Part shown: in pieces, positions 38,101-52,200 of the stretch
Numbering within the stretch: the stretch's first letter is position 1
How the letters are laid out: every line of letters begins with the position of its first letter
Source of the DNA: Takakia lepidozioides
Taxonomy: Eukaryota; Plantae; Bryophyta
Assembly (NCBI GenBank): GCA_030704615.1
Contig: CM060734.1
Coordinates: forward strand, 17,608,001 to 17,672,000
DNA: 64,000 bases
Direction: 5' to 3'
Position numbers and translations under genes: made by a program
The notes under the pieces: generated by a model
What the model was told of the DNA's origin: nothing
The model's input: the letters and a program-made list of their open reading frames with translations, nothing else
The model's database searches: none

Positions 38101-41100
38101 TATTAGTCCGGGACCTGTGAGAGGGTGTCTGGAACGTGCTGGCAAAGTTTGGAAGCTAACAAAAATGATTTGGATGGGCAACCGTCCGTTCACCCGTTGA
38201 ATGTATTCTGTTGGAGCTGCTATTGCTTTGGGACCTGTTGGACTGTGTTTCGCGTGCTCACGATTTGTTTTTCATCCCGTTTTTGAATGGGGCGTGTAAT
38301 GTAGCCATATGCAATGTGCGTGCCGAATTTGGGAGCGATCAAAATTCATTTGGACCCAAAACCACAGTTTCTTCCCTGTTTTGCACTCCAAACTTGATTT
38401 GTGTTCTACTTCATGCACTCTTCATAGAGAGTTCTGCAATAGTGAGCGAAAGAGAACACCTTTTTTGGGGGGGCATTCTTGATTGGTCCAAATTTTGGCG
38501 GGGGAGTAGCCGTGGGATGCTGGAAGCCGCAGAACAAAATTGAGCCGAAAACAAAATCGATACGTGCCAGAAACCCCCGCTGAAAGGCAGTGCAAACCTA
38601 TTTATTGGCTTAAAATAAATTTAAATTCAATTAAATATGTGGAATGGCTTGAGGGGGGAGCGCGTCGATGGGGAGGCAAATGATTTATTCGTCTGTTGTG
38701 TCTCCGCACATGTGTCGCGCACACGTTCAAGCACGTGCGGGCAAAAGAGGGGCTTCAACCACAACCGTTCAATGGGTGCAATAGCCGTGCACGCATTGCA
38801 GGATTTCTTTTTCGCATTGAACAAAAACCAGATGACAAGTGAACGCCTCATTGGACAATGGAACGATTTTCGATTGATCTCGTATTACGCTGGGACGTAT
38901 CAGAGGGTACATTGAACACACTGGCCAAGGTTTGAAAGCGAACGAAAAATCATTTGGATGGGCAACCATCCGTTGGCCCATTGAACGAATTTCGATTGAT
39001 CTCATATTACCCTGGGGCCTCTTACATGGCACATAGTGGCCAAGTCTCAAAGCCAACCAAAATCATTTCGATGGCCAACCATCCGTTGAGCCATCGAATG
39101 AATTTTCGATCGATCTGATATTAGTCCGGGACCTGTGAGAGGGTGTCTGGAACGTGCTGGCAAAGTTTGGAAGCTAACAAAAATGATTTGGATGGGCAAC
39201 CGTCCGTTCACCCGTTGAATGTATTCTGTTGGAGCTGCTATTGCTTTGGGACCTGTTGGACTGTGTTTCGCGTGCTCACGATTTGTTTTTTCATCCCGTT
39301 TTTGAATGGGGCGTGTAATGTAGCCATATGCAATGTGCGTGCCGAATTTGGGAGCGATCAAAATTCATTTGGACCCAAAACCACAGTTTCTTCCCTGTTT
39401 TGCACTCCAAACTTGATTTGTGTTCTACTTCATGCACTCTTCATAGAGAGTTCTGCAATAGTGAGCGAAAGAGAACACCTTTTTTGGGGGGGCATTCTTG
39501 ATTGGTCCAAATTTTGGCGGGGGAGTAGCCGTGGGATGCTGGAAGCCGCAGAACAAAATTGAGCCGAAAACAAAATCGATACGTGCCAGAAACCCCCGCT
39601 GAAAGGCAGTGCAAACCTATTTATTGGCTTAAAATAAATTTAAATTCAATTAAATATGTGGAATGGCTTGAGGGGGGAGCGCGTCGATGGGAGGCAAATG
39701 ATTTATTCGTCTGTTGTGTCTCCGCACATGTGTCGCGCACACGTTCAAGCACGTGCGGGCAAAAGAGGGGCTTCAACCACAACCGTTCAATGGGTGCAAT
39801 AGCCGTGCACGCATTGCAGGATTTCTTTTTCGCATTGAACAAAAACCAGATGACAAGTGAACGCCTCATTGGACAATGGAACGATTTTCGATTGATCTCG
39901 TATTACGCTGGGACGTATCAGAGGGTACATTGAACACACTGGCCAAGGTTTGAAAGCGAACGAAAAATCATTTGGATGGGCAACCATCCGTTGGCCCATT
40001 GAACGAATTTCGATTGATCTCATATTACCCTGGGGCCTCTTACATGGCACATAGTGGCCAAGTCTCAAAGCCAACCAAAATCATTTCGATGGCCAACCAT
40101 CCGTTGAGCCATCGAATGAATTTTCGATCGATCTGATATTAGTCCGGGACCTGTGAGAGGGTGTCTGGAACGTGCTGGCAAAGTTTGGAAGCTAACAAAA
40201 TGATTTGGATGGGCAACCGTCCGTTCACCCCGTTGAATGTATTCTGTTGGAGCTGCTATTGCTTTGGGACCTGTTGGACTGTGTTTCGCGTGCTCACGAT
40301 TTGTTTTTTCATCCCGTTTTTGAATGGGGCGTGTAATGTAGCCATATGCAATGTGCGTGCCGAATTTGGGAGCGATCAAAATTCATTTGGACCCAAACCA
40401 CAGTTTCTTCCCTGTTTTGCACTCCAAACTTGATTTGTGTTCTACTTCATGCACTCTTCATAGAGAGTTCTGCAATAGTGAGCGAAAGAGAACACCTTTT
40501 TTGGGGGGGCATTCTTGATTGGTCCAAATTTTGGCGGGGGAGTAGCCGTGGGATGCTGGAAGCCGCAGAACAAAATTGAGCCGAAAACAAAATCGATACG
40601 TGCCAGAAACCCCCGCTGAAAGGCAGTGCAAACCTATTTATTGGCTTAAAATAAATTTAAATTCAATTAAATATGTGGAATGGCTTGAGGGGGGAGCGCG
40701 TCGATGGGGAGGCAAATGATTTATTCGTCTGTTGTGTCTCCGCACATGTGTCGCGCACACGTTCAAGCACGTGCGGGCAAAAGAGGGGCTTCAACCACAA
40801 CCGTTCAATGGGTGCAATAGCCGTGCACGCATTGCAGGATTTCTTTTTTCGCATTGAACAAAAACCAGATGACAAGTGAACGCCTCATTGGACAATGGAA
40901 CGATTTTCGATTGATCTCGTATTACGCTGGGACGTATCAGAGGGTACATTGAACACACTGGCCAAGGTTTGAAAGCGAACGAAAATCATTTGGATGGGCA
41001 ACCATCCGTTGGCCCATTGAACGAATTTCGATTGATCTCATATTACTCTGGGGCCTCTTACATGGCACATAGTGGCCAAGTCTCAAAGCCAACCAAAATC

Positions 41101-41559
41101 ATTTCGATGGCCAACCATCCGTTGAGCCATCGAATGAATTTTCGATCGATCTGATATTAGTCCGGGACCTGTGAGAGGGTGTCTGGAACGTGCTGGCAAA
41201 GTTTGGAAGCTAACAAAAATGATTTGGATGGGCAACCGTCCGTTCCCCGTTGAATGTATTCTGTTGGAGCTGCTATTGCTTTGGGACCTGTTGGACTGTG
41301 TTTCGCGTGCTCACGATTTGTTTTTCATTCCGTTTTTGAATGGGGCGTGTAATGTAGCCATATGCAATGTGCGTGCCGAATTTGGGAGCGATCAAAATTC
41401 ATTTGGACCCAAAACCACAGTTTCTTCCCTGTTTTGGCGCTCCAAACTCGATTTGGTTTCTACTTCATGCACTCTTCATAGAGAGTTCTGCAATAGTGAG
41501 CGAAAGAGAACACCTTTTTTGGGGGGGCATTTTTGATTGGTCCAAATTTTGGCGGGGGA
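29105..41559 (+). repeat. Tandem satellite, about 1017-bp monomer (variant A), about 12-13 units
   Basis: Period 1017-1018 bp (e.g. 37194/38211). Each unit has three GATGG-n4-CCATCC-type hairpin sub-repeats. Confidence 0.97.
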
Positions 41560-41661
41560 CGCAATCCGAAGACCTATTTTAGGCAATCCCCAACTGTACT
41601 TACGGGAACGCGCAAAGATCTTGAAAAACAGTTTGGAGATGGAAGCAAAACAAAATACAAT

Positions 41662-44600
41662 TTATTGAGCCTCGGTACTTGAACCTAAAGAAATATTGGA
41701 GGTTTCAGAGGAACCACTTCCAGAGTGTACAGCAATATCATCTATGAGTACAGCAGCACATCCATGACGTTTTTTTTTTCCTCGACCTTCATGGAGATGC
41801 GAGTACAGTGTTTGTTCAGATAATACCCGTGCGCAAGCTTCCGCGTAAACCGGCAAGCGGTTGGATCTAGGGGGGCTCGGGGACATGTAGTATCCTTGGA
41901 AACCGAAAGGCGTCTGCTGATTCGATGACTGGTGCTGAACTCTACAAAGCAAGAAGAGGAATGGTGGTAGATGTTAACATCCAGATATAGACAATGAAAG
42001 CCACTATTTCTCGAATGGGAACGACACAAGGAAATGCAACATATTTTGCACGACTACACAAGAACTTACTCACACTCAAAATCGGAGTCCACGTCCAGAT
42101 CCTCGTCAAGCGCTTCGGGCTCCTCTAGAAGTCCCTCTGTGGATGGGGCAGAAGTAGTGCCCGACTCAAGCTGACAAAGCTCGCTTGAGAAGAGCTCTGT
42201 ATCAGCTTCCATGCCGAAGAAGTGCCTTCCGGCGCTCTTGCAAGCATGAAAACATGCTCCTGCAAATCCAAGAAGAACGAGAAATAAAAACAGGGTTTCC
42301 CTAAGGTCACTGCCCATATGTCAAACACAATGTGAAGGGCCCCACTGTGCCCATAGACAAGTCAACCACTCGTCCACCATGACGGCTGCATGTCTCCACC
42401 AAAGTCTGCATGAAAGCTGGAGATTTCTCCCGTGCACCTCTCCAAGGGACACCATTCGACCTTTTCATAGTCCGACCCGAGTCGACGTAATTGAAGATAA
42501 CATCATCCTCCACAGGCTCGCAGGTGGGGTCAATGTGAGCTGCAAGGTCCCTCAACTGAAACTCATCAACACCAGCAGGAAGAGTGTCCGTCCGCCTCAC
42601 CAGGCACAAAGCTTCGAACACTCGTGTCTGTCATTAATCACAAAGACAGAATGAGACAGAAGACATAACCCACCATTTTGATTTACCGGAAAACCACGAA
42701 ACATCAATTGAAAGGAAACAACTCACTTTCTGCCCCGGGAACTCGCCCTTCGTAAGAGGCAGAGTATTGATGCATGTCCAAGTTTTGATGACACGAAACC
42801 CGGAAGCTTTCATGTAGCTGAAAAGAGTTCTTCAAGCCGACATGTCCTTTGATTGCATGAAAGAAGAGCCCCCGAGTCCGAAAGGAACTTGTTGCTGAAC
42901 GAGAGAAAGCCCACTGCCAGTAACGAGAATCCGATTTGTTCCAAGTCGGGGTCGAATTGGAAGGAAACACATCAGGGACAGGAAAACCGTCAGGAATGTC
43001 CAGCACCACAAGGTCAGTCGCGTATGCCTGTTGAACCTCCATTCACCCATTCCGGACTTTTTGTGACCTACAGCCAAAAACATAGAGACAGCGTAAGAAG
43101 CCCAATCCAAATTTAACAGGAGATCAATCCCCTGGACAAGCCACAACAAGCTGCCAAACACAATTATTCATACACAGTTTAGACATAAGTTTTCACCTGA
43201 GTGAGGAACGAAACAAGCATGTCCCACGATTTCGAGGGCACCCATTTGAATGTGGACTTCCTCGACTCCATCATTGAAAGAAAACTTTCATTCAGCACCT
43301 TACGATTGAACTGGCCCAAAACCCTGGAGGGATGTTCTCTCGCCTCGAAAACTTGCTCCCTGGACTTTGAAGTTCTCCTATCCTCCTTGCGGGAGAAGGC
43401 TGTCTTTCAGGAACCTCTGACGGTCCCTGTCCTTGCGGAGCTGCACTTTTTCCCTTCCCCTTCGGATCCCCGACAACCTTCCCCTTTCGTTTTGGAGTAG
43501 CAGTTTTCTCGGGCTCTTTTGCAGCCAGAGCCGAAATGATTCTGTCCTGGATGTCTTTCTCAGCCAATGGGGCAATCGCTGCGGCATTGTCGTTCAGGTT
43601 TCTCAAAACAACTTCATCGAATGGGTGTCCTGTTTGGCAGGTTGAGGTACACCCACAGTCTCGGAAGTGCGCCCTGCTCCAGTCTTTGGCAATACCAGCC
43701 GTGTACATTGTCTTGTCATTGGAGGGGTCAGCCCATGAATAGATGAAGTCTGGGTCATCGCTAAGGTACTTTCCCGGTATGAGGATATGATACATATACC
43801 TGAATCACATACAAAAAACCCAGACAGTCATTCGATCATAAAACGAAAGAGAACACACATCCGGAAAAAGATATTGAAATGCAAGAATGCAACACTGAGA
43901 ATTCTACTTTTGAAATCCCGAATTAACCTTGCGTTGACGCAATGTTCATTCTAGCAGAAATGGGAACACCAAATGATAATGTTGTATTGATAGAGACAAC
44001 GAATGAGAAGCGCAATTCAACATTGCTTCAACGCAAGGTTGTTTTAGGGTTGAGAGTGTTGAAACACATGTCAATGGTATCTGATAATCATAAGTTTCCT
44101 ACAATTGTATTGAAATAGGTGGATGGCTGCGGGAAATTTCCAGCAATCCATACCGCCAAACAACCTTGCGTCAACGCAAGTCTGTTTGTTGGTACAGTTA
44201 AAGTTGAAAATAGCATTTCAAACCGACTCAAAACAGACTTATGTTCATCTTGGCAGCATTGGAACTGGATTTGAACTGCCCAAAACCACAGGAAAAGCTA
44301 CATAGCCTGACACTTCATCAACCTTGCGTTGACGCAAGGCTGATTTTCTAGTCAGTTTATCCCTTTCACATTCAGAAAAACGGCATTATGGGATACCCAG
44401 GTATAGGTAAGTGAAACCAGGACAATGGGAAACAACATTGTGTTAACGCAATGTTGCTTGACTGCACATGCAGAGCCCTCAGAGATCTCGCAAAGCACTG
44501 CAAATTTGCAATTCCTTATGGAAAGAACGACACAAGATTGCAGAAACATGCCCTTCAAGCACCAATTTTGATTCAAGGAGGTCACACCTGTACAACACTC

Positions 44601-47371
44601 GCTTCATTGCTTGCTCGCTGTTGTACTGGTTTTTGAATTCGTAAGACCTGGAGATTCCTTTCTCTTTCTCAAACTCCCTGAAGAAGCACTTGTTCCAGAC
44701 AGCGAGCTTCCATCTCCTGATATAGGCCTCCAGTGTGATCCGGGGGCAAGCCATCTGGATTTTGTAGTCTGCCATCGACTCAGCAAGTGCAGCCACTGCA
44801 CGTTTTTCTAACTGCAACAAGAAAGCTTGTAAGAATTTTCGAGAGGTTACGGAGCATCAAAAATGTCTGAAAAATGGTTTGGTTCAAACCTTACCTGGCT
44901 CGAAAATGTGGCTTTGTGTAGCCACTGGTCGAATGTGTGGTCGCTAACAACTCTTATTGCTTGTGTCTTCGGGTCCTCTCTGGAGTTGGGAACATGTTCG
45001 TGTCTCTCACAAGAGGATCCGAATTCCATATCTCCAACCACCTGATTTGGTTGCATTGTCCACCATTGAAATGGAAAGGCGATGTAGTTTCTCTTGAGTC
45101 ATTTCTGGCTTGGAGCCATACTTATCATAGTGTGCTTTCACCTGTTCCAGAAATTCTGTGCCAAGACCTGGGTCTGCTATCCGGATCTGTTTGTCGAATG
45201 CACTCATGAGGTTCTTCCTTTGATTTTTCATCTCGAACTTCATCATGTCCTCAAGCCCAGTTGCAGACCGCTGCTCTTCTGTGTGGGAATCATAGTACTC
45301 TGCATTCGCCTTCAATCCAGTTTCTGCTATTTCTTGCTGCATACATAACAAGTAAAAAGAATCAAATACTGCAATTTCATCACAAAATTTGCAGTATTAA
45401 CAGGCAAAAGGTGTCAAAAAACTTACAGTGTACATGTACTCAAGAAAAGCCTCCCTTGTCAAGCTGTACCATGTGCTTGTCTTCTTCTCAGCACACCTCT
45501 TCATCTGCTGAGGACTAAGCACGTTCGTGAATGACTCCAGTGGCATCAGCCCTACCTTCTGGATGCGGAATAGAGTGTGGCACAGATTGGTCGTCACATG
45601 TGATGTTTCATTGGACCTGGAAAAACCTTCAACTCATAAGATGATTTCAAATTGTCGAAACAAGTAACAGACACAAAGTTGGAAACTTACTTGTTTATGT
45701 CGTGCATGGCTGTCAAGAGCTGCGTGACACGTCCTTTGTGATCGAGAACCATGGAAACCACGCTCCAGTGCCATTTGATGTCGTCCGAGTGCAAGCTTGA
45801 AATGTATCCATCCAGGCAAGCAGTCTGTGGTTCCCATCCCAGACAAAAAACATCTTTCCCATGAATGCTTTTGTGGAGGCCTTTTTGGACAGCTTGAACT
45901 CGAACTCCCTGTTTACATCCCGCCAGCATGCATCCCAACCTTGCTCAATGTCCTCTGTTACAAGACACTCCTCTCCTTTCGTGTTCATAGTGGATACGTA
46001 GAACACTGCTGATCCCTTGACATAGCCGTGAACAAAGTCGTTCTTCAACTTCGTTATATCATTCCTCAAAGCCGGTCGAACAGCGGGCATGGAGATCATC
46101 CTGCATAGCGGAATGACCAGGTTTCCGCCCGAAACCTCCATCGACAGAATCACCTTCGACGAGTTCATTTTTTGCCCACCAATTATCTCCTCGGCCTTGT
46201 CTTCATAGTTTCCCTCCAATGCATCTTCCTCACCTTCACCTTCTGACGCGGCCAAATCTTCCCCCTCGGATTTCCTTTTTCTTTTCCTCTGCACAGAATG
46301 AATTATCTGTGAGTGATAGATTGAGCACCCATGGATCAACATTGCTTTGACGCAAGGTTGATTGATGGGGATGTAGTTTAGACTGAAAAGCACAGGAAAG
46401 ACTTTTCAAGCAAAAAAATGCTTTACGTTGACGCAGGGTTCTTTTGGGAGCTTCAACTAATCAACTTTCCCTACCTTACATTTCAGGATATGAGAGATCG
46501 GACGCCTCCATTGAACAAAAAATCATCAAAACCAGCCTTGCGTCAACGCAATGTTGATTCATGTGCAGCATCTGTTCATTTCACTAGAAGTTCTATCATA
46601 CACCATGGAGGTAGGCATCAACCTTGCGTTGACGCAAGGTTGATTGCGAGCTCTTGGATCGGTGTTGAACAAACACAAAAGCTACAGGAAAAGGAGATTG
46701 CTGTCTCTTCTTCTTCTTCTTCGAACTTGATGATGCGTCGCAAGCATCCATGTCTGTCTAGCTTGATTGTAGAGCAGCATCTGCACTGTTTTGATGCCCA
46801 ATATATACACTGGGAGGTCGACTTCAACCTTGCGTTGACGCAAGGTTGATGTCGACCTCAATGCTTAGCAAGAACCAGAAAGAATCAGAGAGAGAGAAAG
46901 AGAGTTCATAGCCACCTCCGGTTTCTTCTTTGCACTTGATGATGCTCCTGACGCATTCAATCTTTCCATTTCGTCTGGAGGTAGCATGCTTCCAAGGAGG
47001 TCCCGATGGTGCAAAACAAGGGCAGACGACATCATTTCCGCGTCCGTTTGTTCTCCCTGCTCTTTGAAGACCTGTTTCTCTACTCGATGTGCTTCCTCCC
47101 GAGCCCAGCTCACTTCCTCGTCCTCCCCCCCTTCTATTGGAGGTTGCTCATCGGTCGCCTCCGGGATCACTTCAAGACCTTCCTCTCCACACTGCGGTTG
47201 CAGAATCCTGTTTTGCCCTTCGTCTTCCTCTACGCCGGATGTTTCTTCTCCCATTCTAAGTTCCCGTCTCGCCTTCCTCATCCTCTCCTTAGCGCGTGCC
47301 CTTTGCTTCTTTGATGTGAAATAAAGTGTTCTTCGACGCTTGCTTCTCCCTCGGAATGGGGTCACCGTCTC
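41662..47371 (-). CDS. Multi-exon ParB/Srx-like plus N6A/N4C methyltransferase-like gene (homologue of 20174-25242), with several frameshifts
   Basis: IPLCRMISMPAVRPAL and FFVWDGNHRLLAW; TDLVVLDIPDG; GAREKSPAFMQTLVETCS..GGRVVDLSMGT|GACFHACKSAGRHFFGMEAD. Several intron positions match element 1. The 5' end is uncertain. Confidence 0.8.
43925..46848. repeat. Dispersed palindrome AACCTTGCGT-TG/CA-ACGCAAGGTT in introns of the element 2 gene (about 10 copies)
   Basis: Copies at about 43925, 44019, 44162, 44320, 44434, 46338, 46419, 46534, 46620 and 46827. Confidence 0.9.
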
Positions 47372-48028
47372 TGCAGAATCCAGGGTTGCAAAGACAATAA
47401 CGAGAAGAGGGAAAAAAGAGGACTATGGGAGGTTCATCGCAAGGCCTTCAACGCCAAGATGTTCGCTCGCAACGTTCAGTGCGCCACTGACTCATTCCAC
47501 ATGCATGGCGAACACGTGTCCATCTAATCGTTATGAAATATCGGCGGAGATCATTGGATCCTCATCCATTCAAAAACCGTTGGGGTCTAATCACCTCCCA
47601 TCTGAAAAAGTTCATTATTTTGGCATGTTCTAGAGGAATGTCAAGTATGTACAGTTGTACAGCGGTGCAGGTGCCGTTAAAATTAAATGGAAATGGGCAT
47701 CTCTTTTGGGCTCTCTGACATGACAACCAAACGGCAGCTCTGTCAGTCAATCTGTCAACGATTGCACTGGTGGGGCACTTGTGAAAAAACAGTTGGATTC
47801 TAGGATTAGGGCTGACATTAAGTACTCCGTATTTGGGCACTCTGTGACCATGCGCTTGGTTTGCATGGGGAGACATTTCACAAAAGTGGAAACCCGCGTT
47901 AGGAGATCTGCAAGCCGGAGCGATACCTGCAATTCTCTGTGAGGACGCCAAAAACTCCGCTCCCACACAATTTGCATTCACAAGCACCGTCGGACTGTGA
48001 ACTCTACTTTCTGAAGCAACATCGACAT

Positions 48029-48563
48029 ATGGCCTCCCAGGCCATGGGCTCCCTTGACGCGGACTTCTTCAGTGAGGACCACCCTGTGCCATTTTCTTAC
48101 GAGGTGGAAGATGATGGTTTTGCGCTGGTGCATGAACACGTCCTCGCAACGCAGTTTCGGTTGGAAAATGGAACTCTATTCCTTCAAAGGGAAGTGTACG
48201 ATGCCAATGGAAAACTGCTCAAGTACGTGTTCCAGAAACCTTCGCGCTCGTGTTGCGGGAACAATGGAAGTGCCTGATCTAGGGTATGGTCGGGTCTTCA
48301 CCATGAACTCATCCGCATCTGCGCTGCAGGACAGGACGTACGAAATCACTGTTTCCAATTTTCCCAATTGTACATGTCCAGATTTTGTTGGTATGCTTTC
48401 AAGTAGTTTGGGAAAGAGAGGGAAGTTCATACCGTGCAAACACCTTTACTTCGTCTTCTTGAGAAGGATGGTTTGTGATCCAAAGCGCGACTTCTTCATT
48501 CACCAAGCCACTATGAGTTTCAACGAAGTCAACACACTTCTACAGCGGGATACAAGCCCATAA
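48029..48563 (+). pseudogene. Internally deleted transposase (N-terminal domain joined to SWIM C-terminus)
   Basis: GFALVHEHVLATQFRLENGTLFLQRE aligns to element 1 GLCRVTETYLCSKFKLKPGTVYLEEE. It is followed in another frame by EVPDLGYGRVF...CTCPDF...PCKHLYFV (SWIM). Confidence 0.8.
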
Positions 48564-48745
48564 AAATCGGTGTTTTCCTTGACTACAACTTGTAATGGAA
48601 TGACTGTTCAAGTCCAGTGACTCTCAGTGTATGACGTCTAACATCTTTGCTATGCGTGGGTCAATGCATTTGTCGCATTGGTTTGTCATTCTCTTTTCAT
48701 TAGCAAACACAAGAAACTACCTTCAGATAGACAGATGATCAAATC

Positions 48746-48978
48746 AACCTCGTCTCAACACGAGGTTTACTTGAAGTTCTCCAAATCCTCCTTGTGTTGA
48801 CACAAGGATGATTTTAGTTCTCCGAAAACAACATCGTGTCAACACGAAGTTCATTTTTGTTCCAGGAAAACAACCTTGTGTTAAACACGAGGTTTTGTTG
48901 AAGTTCTCCAAATCCCCCTTGTGTCGACACGAGGTTCATTTCAGTTCTACGAAATGAAGCTCCTGTTAACAGAAGGTT
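48746..48978. repeat. Six variant palindromes (AACCT(T/C)GTGT-NN-ACAC(A/G)AGGTT) with 42-bp period
   Basis: Starts at 48746, 48788, 48830, 48872, 48915 and 48957. Confidence 0.85.
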
Positions 48979-49217
48979 GAACTCCAGAAGCCCAAAACCC
49001 TTCATCCGTTTCACCTTCATGTGGTGAAATCAGCAGTTGGGGGCTCCACGGTTATAGGCCCACCTTCTTTGTGGTGACGTGGCATGACCTGGACCAGGCT
49101 CACGCCACGTCAGCATCAGCGCCATGTCAGCAGTGTGAGCGTAGGCTCACGCCACGTCATCATTGTGTGAGCGTACGCTCACACGCTCACGCGCCAGGCT
49201 CACGCGGTAGCGTCGTT

Positions 49218-52200
49218 GGTGTACATTGAACACACTGGCCAAGGTTTGAAAGCGAACGAAAAATCATTTGGATGGGCAACCATCCGTTGGCCCATTGAAC
49301 GAATTTCGATTGATCTCATATTACTCCGGGGCCTCTTACATGGCACATTGAACATAGTGGCCAAGTCTCAAAGCGAACCAAAATCATTTCGATGGCCAAC
49401 CATCCGTTAAGCCATCGAATGAGTTTTTGATTGATCTGATATTAGTCCGGGACCTGTGAGAGGGTGTCTGGAACGTGCTGGCAAAGTTTGGAAGCTAACA
49501 AAAATGATTTGGATGGGCAACCATCCGTTCACCCGTTGAATGTATTTTGTTGGAGCTGCTATTGCTTTGGGACCTGTTGGACTGTGTTTCGCGTGCTCAC
49601 GATTTGTTTTTCATTCCATTTTTGAATGGGGCGTGTGATGTAGCCATATGCAATGTGCATGCCAAACTTGGGAGCGATCAAAATTCATTTGGACCCAAAA
49701 CCACAGTTTCTTCCCTGTTTTGCGCTCCAAACTCGATTTGGCGTTCTACTTCATGCACTCTTCATAGAGAGTTTTGCAATAGTGAGCGAAAGAGAACACC
49801 TTTTTTGGGGGGGCATTTTTGATTGGTCCAAATTTTGGCGGGGGAGTAGCCGTGGGACGCTGGAAGCCGCAGAACAAAATTGAGCCAAAAACAAAATCGA
49901 TACGTGCGAGAAACCCCCACTGAAAGGCAGTGCAAACCTATTTATTGGCTTAAAATAGATTTAAATCCAATTAAAAATGTGGGGAGAGCGCGTCGATGGG
50001 GAGGCAAATGATTTATTCGTCTGTTGTGTCTCCGCACACGTGTTCAAGCACGTGCGGGCAAAAGAGGGGCTTCAACCACAACCGTTCCATGGGTGCAATA
50101 GCCGTGCAGGCATTGCAGGATTTCTTTTTCGCATTGAACAAAAACCAGATGACAAGTGAACGCCTCATTGGACAATGGAACGATTTTCGATTGATCTCGT
50201 ATTACACTGGGACGTATCAGAGGGTGTACATTGAACACACTGGCCAAGGTTTGAAAGCGAACGAAAAATCATTTGGATGGGCAACCATTCGTTGGCCCAT
50301 TGAACGAATTTCGATTGATCTCATATTACTCCGGGGCCTCTTACATGGCACATTGAACATAGTGGCCAAGTCTCAAAGCGAACCAAAATCATTTCGATGG
50401 CCAACCATCCGTTGAGCCATCGAATGAATTTTTGATTGATCTGATATTAGTCCGGGACCTGTGAGAGGGTGTCTAGAACGTGCTGGCAAAGTTTGGAAGC
50501 TAACAAAAATGATTTGGATGGGCAACCATCCGTTCACCCGTTGAATGTATTTTGTTGGAGCTGCTATTGCTTTGGGACCTGTTGGACTGTATTTCGCGTG
50601 CTAACGATTTGTTTTTCATTCCGTTTTTGAATGGGGCGTGTGATGTAGCCATATGCAATGTGCGTGCCAAATTTGGGAGCGATCAAAATTCATTTGGACC
50701 CAAAACCACAGTTTCTTCCCTGTTTTGCACTCCAAACTCGATTAGGCGTTCTACTTCATGCACTCTTCATAGAGAGTTTTGCAATAGTGAGCGAAAGAGA
50801 ACACCTTTTTTGGGGGGGCATTTTTTATTGGTCCAAATTTTGGCGGGGGAGTAGCCGTGGGACGCTGGAAGCCGCAGAACAAAATTGAGCCAAAAACAAA
50901 ATCGATACGTGCGAGAAACCCCCACTGAAAGGCAGTGCAAACCTATTTATTGGCTTAAAATAGATTTAAATCCAATTAAAAATGTGGGGAGAGCGCGTCG
51001 ATGGGGAGGCAAATGATTTATTCGTCTGTTGTGTCTCCGCACACGTGTTCAAGCACGTGCGGGCAAAAGAGGGGCTTCAACCACAACCGTTCCATGGGTG
51101 CAATAGCCGTGCAGGCATTGCAGGATTTCTTTTTCGCATTGAACAAAAACCAGATGACAAGTGAACGCCTCATTGGACAATGGAACGATTTTCGATTGAT
51201 CTCGTATTACACTGGGACGTATCAGAGGGTGTACATTGAACACACTGGCCAAGGTTTGAAAGCGAACGAAAATCATTTGGATGGGCAACCATCCGTTGGC
51301 CCATTGAACGAATTTCGATTGATCTCATATTACTCCGGGGCCTCTTACATGGCACATTGAACATAGTGGCCAAGTCTCAAAGCGAACCAAAATCATTTTG
51401 ATGGCCAACCATCCGTTGAGCCATCGAATGAATTTTTGATTGATCTGATATTAGTCCGGGACCTATGAGAGGGTGTCTGGAACGTGCTGGCAAAGTTTGG
51501 AAGCTAACAAAAATGATTTGGATGGGCAACCATCCGTTCACCCGTTGAATGTATTTTGTTGGAGCTGCTATTGCTTTGGGACCTGTTGGACTGTGTTTCG
51601 CGTGCTCACGATTTGTTTTTCATTCCGTTTTTGAATGGGGCGTGTGATGTAGCCATATGCAATGTGCGTGCCAAATTTGGGAGCGATCAAAATTCATTTG
51701 GACCCAAAACCACAGTTTCTTCCCTGTTTTGCACTCCAAACTTGATTTGGCGTTCTACTTCATGTACTCTTCATAGAGAGTTCTGCAATAGTGAGCGAAA
51801 GAGAACACCTTTTTTGGGGGGGCATTTTTGATTGGTCCAAATTTTGGCGGGGGAGTAGCCGTGGGACGCTGGAAGCCGCAGAACAAAATTGAGCCAAAAA
51901 CAAAATCGATACGTGCCAGAAACCCCACTGAAAGGCAGTGCAAACCTATTTATTGGCTTAAAATAGATTTAAATTCAATTAAAAATGTGGAATGGCTTGA
52001 GGGGGGAGCGCGTCGATGGGGAGGCAAATGATTTATTCGTCTGTTGTGTCTCCGCACACGTGTTCAAGCACGTGCGGGCAAAAGAGGGGCTTCAACCACA
52101 ACCGTTCGATGGGTGCAATAGCCGTGCAGGCATTGCAGGATTTCTTTTTCGCATTGAACAAAAACCAGATGACAAGTGAACAATGGAACGATTTTCGATT

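Larger units (their letters stand above)
41560..49217. mobile_element. Diverged, non-autonomous member of the same ParB-MTase MULE family (element 2), inverted and left-truncated
   Basis: Homologous ParB-MTase gene and transposase N-terminus/SWIM in the same divergent layout. The right end has GCTCAC repeats, and its reverse complement CTACCGCGTGAGC resembles element 1 CTATTTCATGAGC. No left TIR or TSD; the satellite resumes out of phase. Confidence 0.8.

Noticed and set aside
41550-41600. Left TIR/TSD of element 2
   Set aside because: There is no inverted match to the right end, and the satellite resumes about 400 bp out of phase, indicating deletion.
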